This document shows, piece after piece, positions 51,366 to 60,858 of a stretch of DNA of 64,000 nucleotides (within the stretch, counting starts at the first letter, position 1; each line of letters opens with the position of its first letter). Below the pieces are notes generated by a model. That model saw only the letters and a program-made list of their open reading frames with translations. It made no database searches and was not told the DNA's origin. The position numbers and the translations under genes were made by a program. Source of the stretch: an uncultured Gemmatimonadales bacterium (GTDB lineage: Bacteria > Gemmatimonadota > Gemmatimonadetes > Longimicrobiales > RSA9). Where the stretch lies: assembly GCA_963708135.1 (NCBI GenBank), contig OY970192.1, positions 4,544,001 to 4,608,000 on the forward strand. The letters are read 5' to 3'.

Positions 51366-51815
51366 ATGCGCACTTTTTTCAAGTTGATGGCCGTGGCCGC
51401 GCTGGCGGCGCCCGCGGGGCTTCGTGCGCAGCTCACCGCAGAGCACGCACCGCTGTGCCGCGCGTCCATGGATGGCGGGAACCTGCTGACGGTCATCGAG
51501 TTCGCGGATGGCTCCAGCGTCGCCGCGCCGTGGCAGGTGCTGGCGAGCAAGCCGGCGGCCCTGGATGACGGCGCGCGGGGCGTCCGGATGGGCGCGCGGC
51601 TGGAGCGGATCGTGGAGGTGGATCCGGCGGGGCGCAGGCGCTCGACGCCGTTCCCGCGGCCGATCGACGTTACGTTCGAGGGCCACGACCGGAACGAGCT
51701 CGTCTCCAACGCCGCGCAGGTCTGGTGCATGAGCGTGTTGAGGGCGCGGGCCGAGGCGCCGGACGAGGCGCCGGAGCACACGGTGAAGCCGGTCGGCTGG
51801 CGCGCCACGCTCTGA
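51366..51815 (+). CDS. Hypothetical secreted protein
   Basis: GAGG RBS; signal peptide MRTFFKLMAVAALAAPAGLRA; two Cys. Confidence 0.6.
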   Translation: MRTFFKLMAVAALAAPAGLRAQLTAEHAPLCRASMDGGNLLTVIEFADGSSVAAPWQVLASKPAALDDGARGVRMGARLERIVEVDPAGRRRSTPFPRPIDVTFEGHDRNELVSNAAQVWCMSVLRARAEAPDEAPEHTVKPVGWRATL

Positions 51816-51855
51816 GCGGACTCGGCCACCTGCTGGTCGCCGCGGTCGGCGCGGG

Positions 51856-51925
51856 CTAGTGGACCGTATCTGAAGTTCGGTGAGCACCGGCGAATGCCAT
51901 CGCTACTTCGGATACGGTCCACTAG
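51856..51925. mobile_element. 70-bp internally deleted, inverted copy of the same MITE-like element
   Basis: Both halves match the reverse complements of the two ends of 49716-49883. Confidence 0.8.
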
Positions 51926-51935
51926 GTTGGCGGCC

Positions 51936-53084
51936 ATGGAATGGGACGACCAATCCGCCGCCGCCGACCCCGAGCGGCCGCAATCCAGCCCGCCCGGAGC
52001 GGACCCCTCCGGAGCGGACCCCCCCGGAGCGGGCCCGCAGGGCGGTGGCTCGCTCCCCGCTCTCTTCCGTTTCTGCCCGTCCCTCGAGCAGCGCATTCCC
52101 TGGGTGCCACTGGGGCATTTCCCGACTCCCGTAGAGCCCGTGCGGCTGGGCGGGCGCACCGTCTGGGTGAAGCGCGACGACCTGTCGGCGCAGCCGTACG
52201 GCGGCAACAAGGTGCGAAAGCTGGAGTTCATCCTCGGCGCGGCGCGACGGGACCGAATCGAGCGCCTGGTCACGGCGGGCGCGCTGGGCTCGCACCACGC
52301 ACTGGCGACGGCGGTGTTCGGGCGGCGCCTCGGCTTCGAGGTGACGCTCGTGCTCTTCCCGCAACGCGTGAACGCGCACGTCCGCCACGTGCTGCTGGCG
52401 GATCAGGCGCTCGGAGTGGAGCTGCGTTTCACGGGGCGGATGGAGACGGTGCCGCTGGCCGTGGCCGCGGCCCGCTGGGCGCATCGCCAGGAGGCCGTTC
52501 TCACGATCCCGCCGGGTGGATCCGACGCGGTCGGCACGCTCGGTTACGTGAGCGGCGGTCTCGAGCTGGCGGAGCAGGTGAGGCGGGGGGAGGCGCCGGC
52601 GCCGGCGGTGGTCCACGTGGCGGGCGGGACGCTCGGGACGGCGGCCGGCATGGCGATCGGCCTCGCGCTGGCTGGGCTCCCGGTGCGGATCGTCGCCACA
52701 CGGATCACCGGCCGGATCGTGACGAACCGGCACGTGCTCGGGAAGCTCGTCCGCGGGGCGCTCGCGCTGCTCGAGGCGGACGTGGCGGTGCCGGACGCGG
52801 ACGCCGTGCTGGAGCGGGTGGAGATCGAGGAGGGGTGGCTCGGCGAGGGCTACGGGCGCTCCACGCCGGAAGGCGACGCCGCGACCGCGCTGCTCGGGGC
52901 GACCGGGCTACAGCTCGATCCGACCTACACGGCGAAGGCGGCCGCATCCCTGCTCGCGGACGAATCCGCCTCACCGATCCTCTTCTGGCATACGCTCAGC
53001 GCGGCCGAGCCGCCGCTTCCGGCGGGCGAGGCCGCTCTCGAAGCGCAGCTGCCGGCGCAGTTCCGCGAGCTCCTCGAGGGCTGA
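51936..53084 (+). CDS. PLP-dependent D-cysteine desulfhydrase/ACC deaminase family protein
   Basis: VKRDD...GGNKVRKLEF, GSHHA, LDPTYTAK; start codon uncertain. Confidence 0.85.
   Translation: MEWDDQSAAADPERPQSSPPGADPSGADPPGAGPQGGGSLPALFRFCPSLEQRIPWVPLGHFPTPVEPVRLGGRTVWVKRDDLSAQPYGGNKVRKLEFILGAARRDRIERLVTAGALGSHHALATAVFGRRLGFEVTLVLFPQRVNAHVRHVLLADQALGVELRFTGRMETVPLAVAAARWAHRQEAVLTIPPGGSDAVGTLGYVSGGLELAEQVRRGEAPAPAVVHVAGGTLGTAAGMAIGLALAGLPVRIVATRITGRIVTNRHVLGKLVRGALALLEADVAVPDADAVLERVEIEEGWLGEGYGRSTPEGDAATALLGATGLQLDPTYTAKAAASLLADESASPILFWHTLSAAEPPLPAGEAALEAQLPAQFRELLEG
51994..52038 (+). repeat. 15-bp tandem repeat x3 (CCGGAGCGGACCCCY-like)
   Basis: Encodes PGADP-SGADP-PGAGP in the low-complexity N-terminus. 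Confidence 0.7.
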
Positions 53085-53246
53085 GCTGCCCCCGCACGGC
53101 ACGTGAGCGGCCGCCCGCGCGGCGGGCCCGCCTCGCCCGCCCCTGCCCGCTCCCGACCCCACCCCCAACGGCCGTGGACTTGCACGCCCGGGCGCCCGCC
53201 CATACATCCAGCGGCGCACGCTCACAAGGCACAACGGAGCTCCACC

Positions 53247-55475
53247 ATGTCCTCCATGCCGATTCGACGCCGGCTCATCGGTCTCGGCCTCGCGGCCGCC
53301 CTGGCGGGGTGCGCCCCGAAAGCGCCGCCACAGCCGGCCCCGGCGCCCACCACCGCTCCCGCGCGGCAGCCGGCGACGGCGGCGCCGGGGCCGGAAGAGA
53401 TGCTGCAGCCCAGCGCGGCGGCGCTGAGGACCGCGTCGCACATCAAGCTGTCGGGCCTCGAGCTCGGCACGATGTGGACGTACGAGCACCCGCCGCTGGA
53501 CTACTGGAAGAAGACGTACGACTTCGCTCCGACGCAGCAGTGGCTGGACCACGTCCGGCTTTCCTCGCTGAAGTTCGACCAGATCTGCTCCGCCTCGTTC
53601 GTCTCGCCCGACGGGCTGATCGCGACCAACCACCACTGTGGCCGGGAGTGCGTGGAGGCGCAGTCGAAGGGTGGGACGGACTACGTCGAGCAGGGCTTCT
53701 ACGCGCCGACGCGCAAGGACGAGAAGGTCTGCCCGGACCTGTACGTGGACCAGCTGGTGTCCATGGAGGACGTGACGCAGCGGTTGCAGGCTGCCTCGCC
53801 GGCGGGTGCGACGGAAGCCGCGGCCCAAGCCGCGATCGACTCCGCTACGCGGGCCATCGAGTCCGCCTGCGACGCCAGCACGAAGCTGCACTGCCAGGTC
53901 GTCTCGCTCTACCACGGTGGTGAGTACCACCTGTACCGCTACCGGCGCTACTCGCCCGTGAAGCTGGTGTTCGCGCCCGAGCTCCAGACGGGGTTCTTCG
54001 GCGGCGACCCGGACAATTTCACCTATCCTCGCTACGCGCTCGACATCACTTTCGTGCGCGCCTACCAGCCGGACGGCGCTACGCCGGCCCACACGCCGGA
54101 CTACCTGCAGTGGAACGCCGCGCCGGTCCACTCGGGCGATCTCGTGTTCGTGTCGGGGAACCCGGGCAGCACGGAGCGCCTGACGACGCTCGCACAGCTG
54201 GAGTACGAGAAGGTCTACCGGCACCCGTTCCTCATGGCGTTCCTGCAGGCGCAGCACGATCTGCTGGAGCAGGTCGCGAAGCGCGGCCCGCAGGCGGAGC
54301 AGCAGGTGCGCCAGAACCTGTTCGAGGTGGACAACAGCCTGAAGGCGTACACGGGCGAGGAAGCGGGGCTGCAGGACTCGCTGCTCATGGGTCACAAGAT
54401 CGCGTGGGAGAAGGACTTCCAGCGGCGGGTCAACGCGGATCCGCAGCTCAAGGCGCAGTACGGGGACGTGTGGAGCAAGCTGGCGGACCTGCAGGCGCGG
54501 AAGCTGGAGCTCAGTCCGCAGCTGAACCTGGCGCGGCTGGACCTGTTCCCCGAGCCGTACGTGCAGGTGGCCGGGACGCTCGTCCGGCTGGTGCGCGAGA
54601 AGTCGCTGCCGGAGGCGCAGCGCTCGAAGGAGTTCCAGGGCGGCGGTGCGGAGCAGGTTCAGAGCCGGCTCGAGCAGCAGGTCCCGCTCGAGCCACAGAC
54701 GAGCATCGATCTGCTGGCGAAGAGGCTGGAGCTGTTGAGCCGGTTCGTGCCGGACAGCAACCCCATCCTGCGGCAGGCGATCCACCCGGGAGAGACGGCG
54801 GAGGCCGCGGCGCGCCGGCTGATCACCGGATCGCGCGTAGGCGACGTCGCCTTCCGGAAGGCACTCATCGAGGCGGGGCCCGCGGCGCTCGACACGGTCT
54901 CGGATCCGCTGGTCCGGCTGGCGGCGGCGATGGAGGCGTCGGCCGCGGAGCTGCAGCCGAAGTGGCAGGCGGTGCAGGCGGAGGAGAGCCAGCAGGAGGC
55001 GCGGCTCGCGCATGCGCTCTTCGGTGCGTACGGGTCGGATCTGCCGCCGGACGCGACCTTCACGCTGCGGATCAGCGGTGGTCTCGTGAGCGGCTATCCG
55101 TACAACGGGACAGAGGCGCCGTACCGGACGGTCATCGGCGGGCTGTACGCGCGCTCGGCCGAGTTCGACAACGCGATGCCGTTCACGCTGCCGAAGAGCT
55201 GGGCCGACGCCCGGGCGCAGGTGGACATGACGCAGCCGCTGGACATGGTCTCGACCAACGACATCACGGGCGGCAACAGCGGCAGCCCGGTCGTGGACCG
55301 GGAGGGTCGGATCGTGGGTCTCGCCTTCGACAACAACATCGAGGCCCTGCCGGCGCAGTTCCTCTATCCATCGCCGAACGGCCGCACGGTCAACGTGACG
55401 ACGTCCGGGATCACCGAGGCGCTCAGGAGCGTCTACCACGCAACGGCGCTCGTGAAAGAGCTGCTGGCGAAATAG
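53247..55475 (+). CDS. S46-family dipeptidyl peptidase (DPP7/DPP11-like), lipoprotein
   Basis: Lipobox LAGC; CSASFVSPDGLIATNHHC, FGGDPDNF, PDATFTLR, DITGGNSGSPV. Confidence 0.92.
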   Translation: MSSMPIRRRLIGLGLAAALAGCAPKAPPQPAPAPTTAPARQPATAAPGPEEMLQPSAAALRTASHIKLSGLELGTMWTYEHPPLDYWKKTYDFAPTQQWLDHVRLSSLKFDQICSASFVSPDGLIATNHHCGRECVEAQSKGGTDYVEQGFYAPTRKDEKVCPDLYVDQLVSMEDVTQRLQAASPAGATEAAAQAAIDSATRAIESACDASTKLHCQVVSLYHGGEYHLYRYRRYSPVKLVFAPELQTGFFGGDPDNFTYPRYALDITFVRAYQPDGATPAHTPDYLQWNAAPVHSGDLVFVSGNPGSTERLTTLAQLEYEKVYRHPFLMAFLQAQHDLLEQVAKRGPQAEQQVRQNLFEVDNSLKAYTGEEAGLQDSLLMGHKIAWEKDFQRRVNADPQLKAQYGDVWSKLADLQARKLELSPQLNLARLDLFPEPYVQVAGTLVRLVREKSLPEAQRSKEFQGGGAEQVQSRLEQQVPLEPQTSIDLLAKRLELLSRFVPDSNPILRQAIHPGETAEAAARRLITGSRVGDVAFRKALIEAGPAALDTVSDPLVRLAAAMEASAAELQPKWQAVQAEESQQEARLAHALFGAYGSDLPPDATFTLRISGGLVSGYPYNGTEAPYRTVIGGLYARSAEFDNAMPFTLPKSWADARAQVDMTQPLDMVSTNDITGGNSGSPVVDREGRIVGLAFDNNIEALPAQFLYPSPNGRTVNVTTSGITEALRSVYHATALVKELLAK

Positions 55476-55491
55476 AGAGGGGAGGCGGGCA

Positions 55492-56862
55492 ATGAGCGAG
55501 GTGCACGACTACATCGACGCGAACCTCGGGCGCTTCCGCGAGGAGCTCTTCGAGTTCCTGCGCATCCCGAGCGTGAGCGCGCGCGGCGAGTCGCGGGGCG
55601 ACATGCGTCGCGCCGCCGAGTGGCTGGCGGAGCGGATGCGCGACGCGGGGCTGGACGCGACCATCGAGGAGACGGCCGGGCACCCAATCGTGCTCGGCGA
55701 ATGGCGCGGCGCGGAGGAGGGCGCGCCCACGGTGCTGCTGTACGGGCACTACGACGTGCAGCCGGCCGAGCCGCTGGAGCTCTGGACATCTCCGCCGTTC
55801 GAGCCCGAGGTGCGCGATGGGCGGATCTACGCACGCGGCTCCGTGGACGACAAGGGGCAGCTCTACCTGCACGTGAAGGCGATCGAGTCGCAGATGAAGG
55901 CGAGCGGCCGCCTGCCGGTGAACGTGGTGCTCGTCGCGGAAGGCGAGGAGGAGGTCGGGAGCGAGAACCTGATGCCTTTCGTCCGGGCGCACGCCGAGCG
56001 TCTGGCCTGCGACGCCGTGGTGATCTCGGACTCCGGGATGATCGGACCCGGGCTGCCGACGATCGGCGCGTCGCTCCGGGGACTGGCCTACTTCCAGATC
56101 GACGTGGACGGGCCGTCGCACGACCTGCATTCCGGCAGTTACGGCGGCGCGGTGTCGAACCCCGCCACGGTGCTCGCCCGCATCCTCGCTACGCTGCACG
56201 ACGAGAACGGCCACGTGACGATCCCGGGCTTCTACGACGACGTGCGCGACGCGGGCGAGATGCGCGAGCAGATCCGGCAGGTGCCGTTCGATGAGGAGGT
56301 GTTCCGCGCCGAGACAGGGGCCCGCGCTCTGGAGGGGGAAGCCGGCTTCTCGACCCTCGAGCGGCTCTGGGTGCGGCCGACGTGCGAGGTGAACGGGCTC
56401 CTGTCGGGCTACACGGGCGAGGGCTCGAAGACGGTGCTGCCCGCGCACGCGATGGCGAAGGTGAGCTGCCGGCTGGTGCCCGACCAGGACCCGAAGAAGA
56501 TCCAGCGCCTGTTCCAGGAGCACGTGGCGCGCGTGGCGCCGAACGAGGGCGTGAGCGTGAAGATCACGGTCATGCACGGCGGGCGACCGTGGCGGGCGGG
56601 CCTGGAGGGGCCGCTCGTCGAGGCCGCATCGCGCGCGCTCGAGACCGCGTTCGGCCGTCCCCCGGTCTTCGCGGGCGAGGGCGGCTCAATCCCGATCGTG
56701 CCGGAGTTCGAGGAGGTGCTCGGCGCGCCCGCGCTGCTCATGGGCTTCGGGCTGCCCGGGGAGAACGCCCACGCACCGGACGAGTGGATGAGCGTCGAGA
56801 ACTTCGAGAAGGGCATCCACGCGGCCGCCGCGCTGCTGGGCGAGATCCGCGCCGCCTGGTGA
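55492..56862 (+). CDS. M20-family dipeptidase
   Basis: YGHYDVQP, RGSVDDKGQ, EGEEEVGS, DLHSG, GGSIP, HAPDE. Confidence 0.92.
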   Translation: MSEVHDYIDANLGRFREELFEFLRIPSVSARGESRGDMRRAAEWLAERMRDAGLDATIEETAGHPIVLGEWRGAEEGAPTVLLYGHYDVQPAEPLELWTSPPFEPEVRDGRIYARGSVDDKGQLYLHVKAIESQMKASGRLPVNVVLVAEGEEEVGSENLMPFVRAHAERLACDAVVISDSGMIGPGLPTIGASLRGLAYFQIDVDGPSHDLHSGSYGGAVSNPATVLARILATLHDENGHVTIPGFYDDVRDAGEMREQIRQVPFDEEVFRAETGARALEGEAGFSTLERLWVRPTCEVNGLLSGYTGEGSKTVLPAHAMAKVSCRLVPDQDPKKIQRLFQEHVARVAPNEGVSVKITVMHGGRPWRAGLEGPLVEAASRALETAFGRPPVFAGEGGSIPIVPEFEEVLGAPALLMGFGLPGENAHAPDEWMSVENFEKGIHAAAALLGEIRAAW

Positions 56863-56874
56863 GGCGGCGCGGCC

Positions 56875-57666
56875 TCAGCGGCCGCCGACCCCCTGTGGAC
56901 GCAGCTGGACCGGCCGGCCGCGCGAGGCGTCGATGTCCGCCTTGATCTGCCGCCGCAGCCGCTGGACCTTCTCCGGATAGCTGTGGCAGTCCGGCGTGTT
57001 GCTCCCGCGCACGCAGCCGTTGTAGCCGAGCAGGGCCGCCCGCTCGTCGCCGTCGGCGTTGCGGAGGTACCATGCCAGGATCCCCGTGCCCGTGCACAGG
57101 TTGTCGTCGATGCTGTAGAGGTTGCGTCCGCAGCCGCGGATCTGGCCCGCCCACCCCGGCATCACCTGCATGAGCCCACGCGCCCCGACGGAGCTCGTGG
57201 CGTGCGGCCGCCCCTCGCTCTCCACCAGCATCACCGAGGCGACCGTGGCCGGGTCCAACCCCTTCCGGCGCGCATGCTCCACCAGCGGCCACGCCAGCCG
57301 GCGCGCGGCTACGCGCGGGACTCCGTGCCGGTTGAGCGCGTGCTCGACCGGCGCCACGTGGTCCCGGTACAGCACCACGTAGTTCTCCGTCTGTCGCCCA
57401 TCCACGCTGATCGCGCTCATCGTGCGCGTGAGCGCCTCGATCTGCAGCTTCGGGACCTCGTGGACGGCTCCGAGCGGCCGCACCGGCGACGTGCCCGGAA
57501 GCGCCAGCGCCCGCGTCGTGAGCCTGCCGACCCCGAATCCCATGAACAGCAGAAGCGGCGCAGCGAGAGGAATCGCCAGAACGCGCTTCAGCCAGCGCTC
57601 CAACTCTTCCAGCAGGCTACGACCGCTTGTCTGCGCCTCGTCGCGTCGACGTCGAAAAACCTTCAT
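56875..57666 (-). CDS. Lytic transglycosylase (SLT domain), membrane-anchored
   Basis: N-terminal TM; LVES catalytic Glu, GARGLMQVMP, YNG. Confidence 0.88.
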   Translation of the reverse strand: MKVFRRRRDEAQTSGRSLLEELERWLKRVLAIPLAAPLLLFMGFGVGRLTTRALALPGTSPVRPLGAVHEVPKLQIEALTRTMSAISVDGRQTENYVVLYRDHVAPVEHALNRHGVPRVAARRLAWPLVEHARRKGLDPATVASVMLVESEGRPHATSSVGARGLMQVMPGWAGQIRGCGRNLYSIDDNLCTGTGILAWYLRNADGDERAALLGYNGCVRGSNTPDCHSYPEKVQRLRRQIKADIDASRGRPVQLRPQGVGGR

Positions 57667-57819
57667 CGGTCTCTTTGGTTTGCTCCAGGGTAGAGGGAAA
57701 TGTGTGGCCGCGTCCGCCCCCCGCGCAAGGGCGTCGGCTCATCCCGTTCGGGGATCGTCGCTTGCGCGGCCGGTGCGGCGGGTGAACATTCGTTTGTGAC
57801 TCCCGAGGAGATGCGAACA

Positions 57820-58038
57820 ATGGCCGAAGCCCGGCTCCGCGTACGCGGATTGAAGGACCCCGAGACCGCGCTGCAGGTGGAGGCCATGCTGCACGCGCGG
57901 CCCGGGATCGAGGAGGTCCGCGCGGATGCGGAGACCGGGATGCTCCAGCTGCGCTACGACCCGCGGCGGGTGCCGCCGCCGCGGCTGCGCGCCTACCTCG
58001 AGGCGGCGGGGCTCACGTCGCTGGGAGACGCGGGGTGA
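57820..58038 (+). CDS. HMA-fold (CopZ-like) small protein lacking CxxC
   Basis: LRVRGL...VEAMLHARPGIEEVRAD...LRYDP...LEAAG pattern; GAGGAG RBS; alternative start 57811. Confidence 0.65.
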   Translation: MAEARLRVRGLKDPETALQVEAMLHARPGIEEVRADAETGMLQLRYDPRRVPPPRLRAYLEAAGLTSLGDAG

Positions 58039-58086
58039 GCGGATCGGCTCAGCCTGTGCGGTGCGCGGATCTCGCGCACGGTCGGC

Positions 58087-59004
58087 TCAGGCGGCGGCCT
58101 GCTCGATGAGGGCGGAGAGCTCCGCGTCGCTGAGATGGTACTCGGCGGTGCAGAAGCGGCAGACGGCCTCGGTCCCCTCCTGGCGGCGGGTCCGGTCGTC
58201 GCGCATCTCCTCGAGCGCCTGGCGGCCGAGCAGGATGAGGGCGCGCTCGACGCGCTCGCGCGAGCAGGGGCAGTGGAAGCGGACGGGGATGCGGTCGAGC
58301 ACCTGCACCCCGTCGGGGAAGATGCGGGCGAGGATGTCGTCGGGCGTGTCGCCGCCGCGGAGCAGGGTGGTGGGGTGGGGCAGCGAGCGGATCTCGGCCT
58401 CGATGGTCGCGGCATCGTCCTCGTCGAGGCCGGGCAGGATCTGGACGACGTAGCCGCCGGCGGCCTCGACGGAGCCGTCCGCGCGCACGAAGACGCCGAT
58501 ACCGACGGCGGAGGGGACCTGGTCGCTGTGGGCCAGGAAGTATGCCAGGTCCTCGCCGACCTCGCCCGAGACGATCTGGACGGTGCTGGAGTAGGGGTGG
58601 CGCAGGCCGAGCTCCCGGGTGACGGTGAGTCGGCCGGTGGTCCCGACCGCGCCGGAGACGTTCAGCTTTCCGGCGCGGACCTGCTCGATACCCGGTGCGG
58701 GGTTGGCCACGAGCCCGCGCACGCGCCCGGTGCCGTCGGCGGTGGCGAGGAGGGTTCCCGCGGGCCCGTCGCCCTGGAGGCGGACGGTGACCGTGTGGGC
58801 GGGCTCCTTGAGCATGGCCCCGAAGGTCAGCGTGCCGGTGGCCAGGCGGCCGATCGCGGCGGTCACGGCAGGCTCCGTCTCGTGGCGGCGCGCCAGCTCG
58901 TCCACCACGCCGGTGGACTCGATGGCGAACGCGCGCACCAGTCCGTCGAAGGCGGTGGCGCGGACCAGGGTGTCGGCTCCGGGGTGGGGCGTGTTCTCCA
59001 TCAT
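58087..59004 (-). CDS. hslO: Hsp33 redox-regulated chaperone
   Basis: GDGPAG, SGEVGEDLAYF, SDQVPS, AAGGYVVQ, CPCS...CRFC. Confidence 0.93.
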   Translation of the reverse strand: MMENTPHPGADTLVRATAFDGLVRAFAIESTGVVDELARRHETEPAVTAAIGRLATGTLTFGAMLKEPAHTVTVRLQGDGPAGTLLATADGTGRVRGLVANPAPGIEQVRAGKLNVSGAVGTTGRLTVTRELGLRHPYSSTVQIVSGEVGEDLAYFLAHSDQVPSAVGIGVFVRADGSVEAAGGYVVQILPGLDEDDAATIEAEIRSLPHPTTLLRGGDTPDDILARIFPDGVQVLDRIPVRFHCPCSRERVERALILLGRQALEEMRDDRTRRQEGTEAVCRFCTAEYHLSDAELSALIEQAAA

Positions 59005-60014
59005 GGTTCCTGACTCGGGTCGCTCCTCCGGCGCGCATCCAGGGCGCGGCGGCACAGATCCAGTACACCGTCCGGCTCCAGCAGAGCCATGCGCTCGCCC
59101 GGCGCGGCGGAGGCGGGCGCGAGGAGCACGACATGCGCCGCGTCGCCTTCCCGCTCCGGGTAGGGGCCCCAGCGGCGGGGGTGCGCGCTGGTGTGCGGGG
59201 AGAAGAGGGAGACGGTGGGCACGCCGAGCGCGACCGCCATGTGCAGCGGCCCGGTCGAATTGGCCACGAACACGGCGGCCCGGGAGAGCAGCCCCGCGAG
59301 CTGCCGGACCGTGCCGGGTGGGGCGAGGACGGGCGGGGCCGCCGCCTGGAACGCCTCCCGCCAGTCCTCGCCGGGACCGGCCGTGACGACGACCGGTATG
59401 CCCTCCTTCCGCAGTGCCGCCGCCAGCGCGCGGAAGTGAGCCGGCGGCCATCGCTCGGCCGAGCCACCGCCGCCGGGATGCAGGGCGACGAAGGCGGTTG
59501 CGGGCGCCACGCCGAGGCTGGCCAGCCGGGCCGCCGCCTCCTCCCGTTCCGCCGCCGTCAGGTGGAGGCGCGGCGCCACGCGCCCGGGGTGGAGCCCGAG
59601 CGGGCCGAGGAGCGCCAGGTTGCTGGTCACCTCGTGACGCTCGCCGCGCGAGCGGTGCTGCACGATCGGGTGGCTCAGGAGGAGCGAGTAGAGCTTGCTC
59701 GCGGGGCCCACGCGGAGCGGCACCCCCGCCGCCCACGCCGCCCAGGTGGGGCGCCAGCGGGCGTTGGCGACGATGGCGGCGTCGAACCGATCCCGGCGCA
59801 GGCGCTCGACCAGCGCATCGACGGGCCCCTCGTCCAGGAGCACCTCGTCCACATCCGGGTTGTGCGCCAGCAGCGGGGCCGCGTAGCGCCGCGCGAGCCA
59901 GGCGATGCGCGCCGCCGGCCAGCGCTCGCGCAGCGCACGCGCCAGGGGAGTGGCCAGCAGCACGTCACCGAGGCGATCCGTGCGGGCGATCAGGATGCGG
60001 GGGGCGTGCCTCAA
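59001..60014 (-). CDS. GT9 glycosyltransferase (ADP-heptose:LPS heptosyltransferase-like)
   Basis: DRLGDVLLATP, LHPG, NSTGPLHMAVALG. Confidence 0.88.
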   Translation of the reverse strand: MRHAPRILIARTDRLGDVLLATPLARALRERWPAARIAWLARRYAAPLLAHNPDVDEVLLDEGPVDALVERLRRDRFDAAIVANARWRPTWAAWAAGVPLRVGPASKLYSLLLSHPIVQHRSRGERHEVTSNLALLGPLGLHPGRVAPRLHLTAAEREEAAARLASLGVAPATAFVALHPGGGGSAERWPPAHFRALAAALRKEGIPVVVTAGPGEDWREAFQAAAPPVLAPPGTVRQLAGLLSRAAVFVANSTGPLHMAVALGVPTVSLFSPHTSAHPRRWGPYPEREGDAAHVVLLAPASAAPGERMALLEPDGVLDLCRRALDARRRSDPSQEP

Positions 60015-60094
60015 CGGCGGTACCGATGCGGGGCAGTGGGGCGCTCGCGGAGCTCAGGCGGCGGGGTCGCGTGGGGGAGCGGACCGCTGGTGCG

Positions 60095-60472
60095 CTACCA
60101 CTCGGGCGCTCCCTCGGCGTCCTCCCGTACCAGGACGAGGACGGCGGCCTGGGGCACGACAAGGTACTTCTGATCCTCGAAGGTGATCTCCACGGCGGCG
60201 CGGCGGAAGAAGATCGCGTAATCCCCGGGCTGTGCCTGGATGGGGAGATACCTGGCCTCGCCGCCGGCAATGCGCCATGGCTCCTCGTCCAGGTCGGTCG
60301 GCGGGGAGATGGGCGTGCCGGGGCCGCGCGCCACGACGGTGCCGCCCTGCACGGCCTGGTTGTCCACGGCGGTGGGCGGCAGGTAGAGGCCGACGCGGCT
60401 GCGCTCCTCTCCGCCCTCGGGCTGGATGAGCAGACGGTCGCCGACGACGATCAGCTTCTTCTTGGAGTCCAT
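60095..60472 (-). CDS. GroES/Cpn10-like co-chaperonin, stand-alone
   Basis: GDRLLIQP, GLYLP, GTVVARGPG, QPGD, EITFEDQKYLVV. Confidence 0.8.
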   Translation of the reverse strand: MDSKKKLIVVGDRLLIQPEGGEERSRVGLYLPPTAVDNQAVQGGTVVARGPGTPISPPTDLDEEPWRIAGGEARYLPIQAQPGDYAIFFRRAAVEITFEDQKYLVVPQAAVLVLVREDAEGAPEW

Positions 60473-60607
60473 GCGTGGAATAACGCGGCGGCGGTTCGGT
60501 TCCGCAAGCCCGTGACAAAGGCCGCTTCAGCCATGGCTGCGCCCCGCCCGGCCGGGCATCGTGGCCGCGCGTGCCCCGGCGGGGGCCGGCGGCGCGGGGC
60601 CAGGAGA

Positions 60608-60841
60608 GTGGAGGCGAGCGTGAGCGGACGAGAGCAGGTGCGGAACGGCGCGCGACGGCGTCGCCCGCGAGGCCGGCAGCCGTATACCTTCGTGCTCGAC
60701 CACGAGCTGGTCGAGCGGGCGCGGCGAGAGGTGAGCGAGGGCGAGGTGGTGCGCAGCATCGAGGCGGCGCTCGCCGCCGCGATCGACTACCAGCTCTGGG
60801 TGCGCGAGGTGAGTGCCGGAGAGCGGGACGTGCTCGGCTGA
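60608..60841 (+). CDS. Small hypothetical protein, possibly ribbon-helix-helix-like
   Basis: AGGAG RBS then GTG; basic stretch, YTFVLDHELVERAR strand-helix pattern. Confidence 0.5.
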   Translation: MEASVSGREQVRNGARRRRPRGRQPYTFVLDHELVERARREVSEGEVVRSIEAALAAAIDYQLWVREVSAGERDVLG

Positions 60842-60858
60842 GCCCCGCTCGCCGCCTG

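Noticed and set aside
49716..51925. CRISPR array from the repeated 36-bp sequence
   Set aside because: Copies are inverted and 2.2 kb apart, with no spacer periodicity and no cas genes.
51936..53084. True ACC deaminase (acdS)
   Set aside because: Has LDPTYTAK, with Thr where ACC deaminases have the diagnostic Glu (DPVYEGK); closer to the D-cysteine desulfhydrase type.
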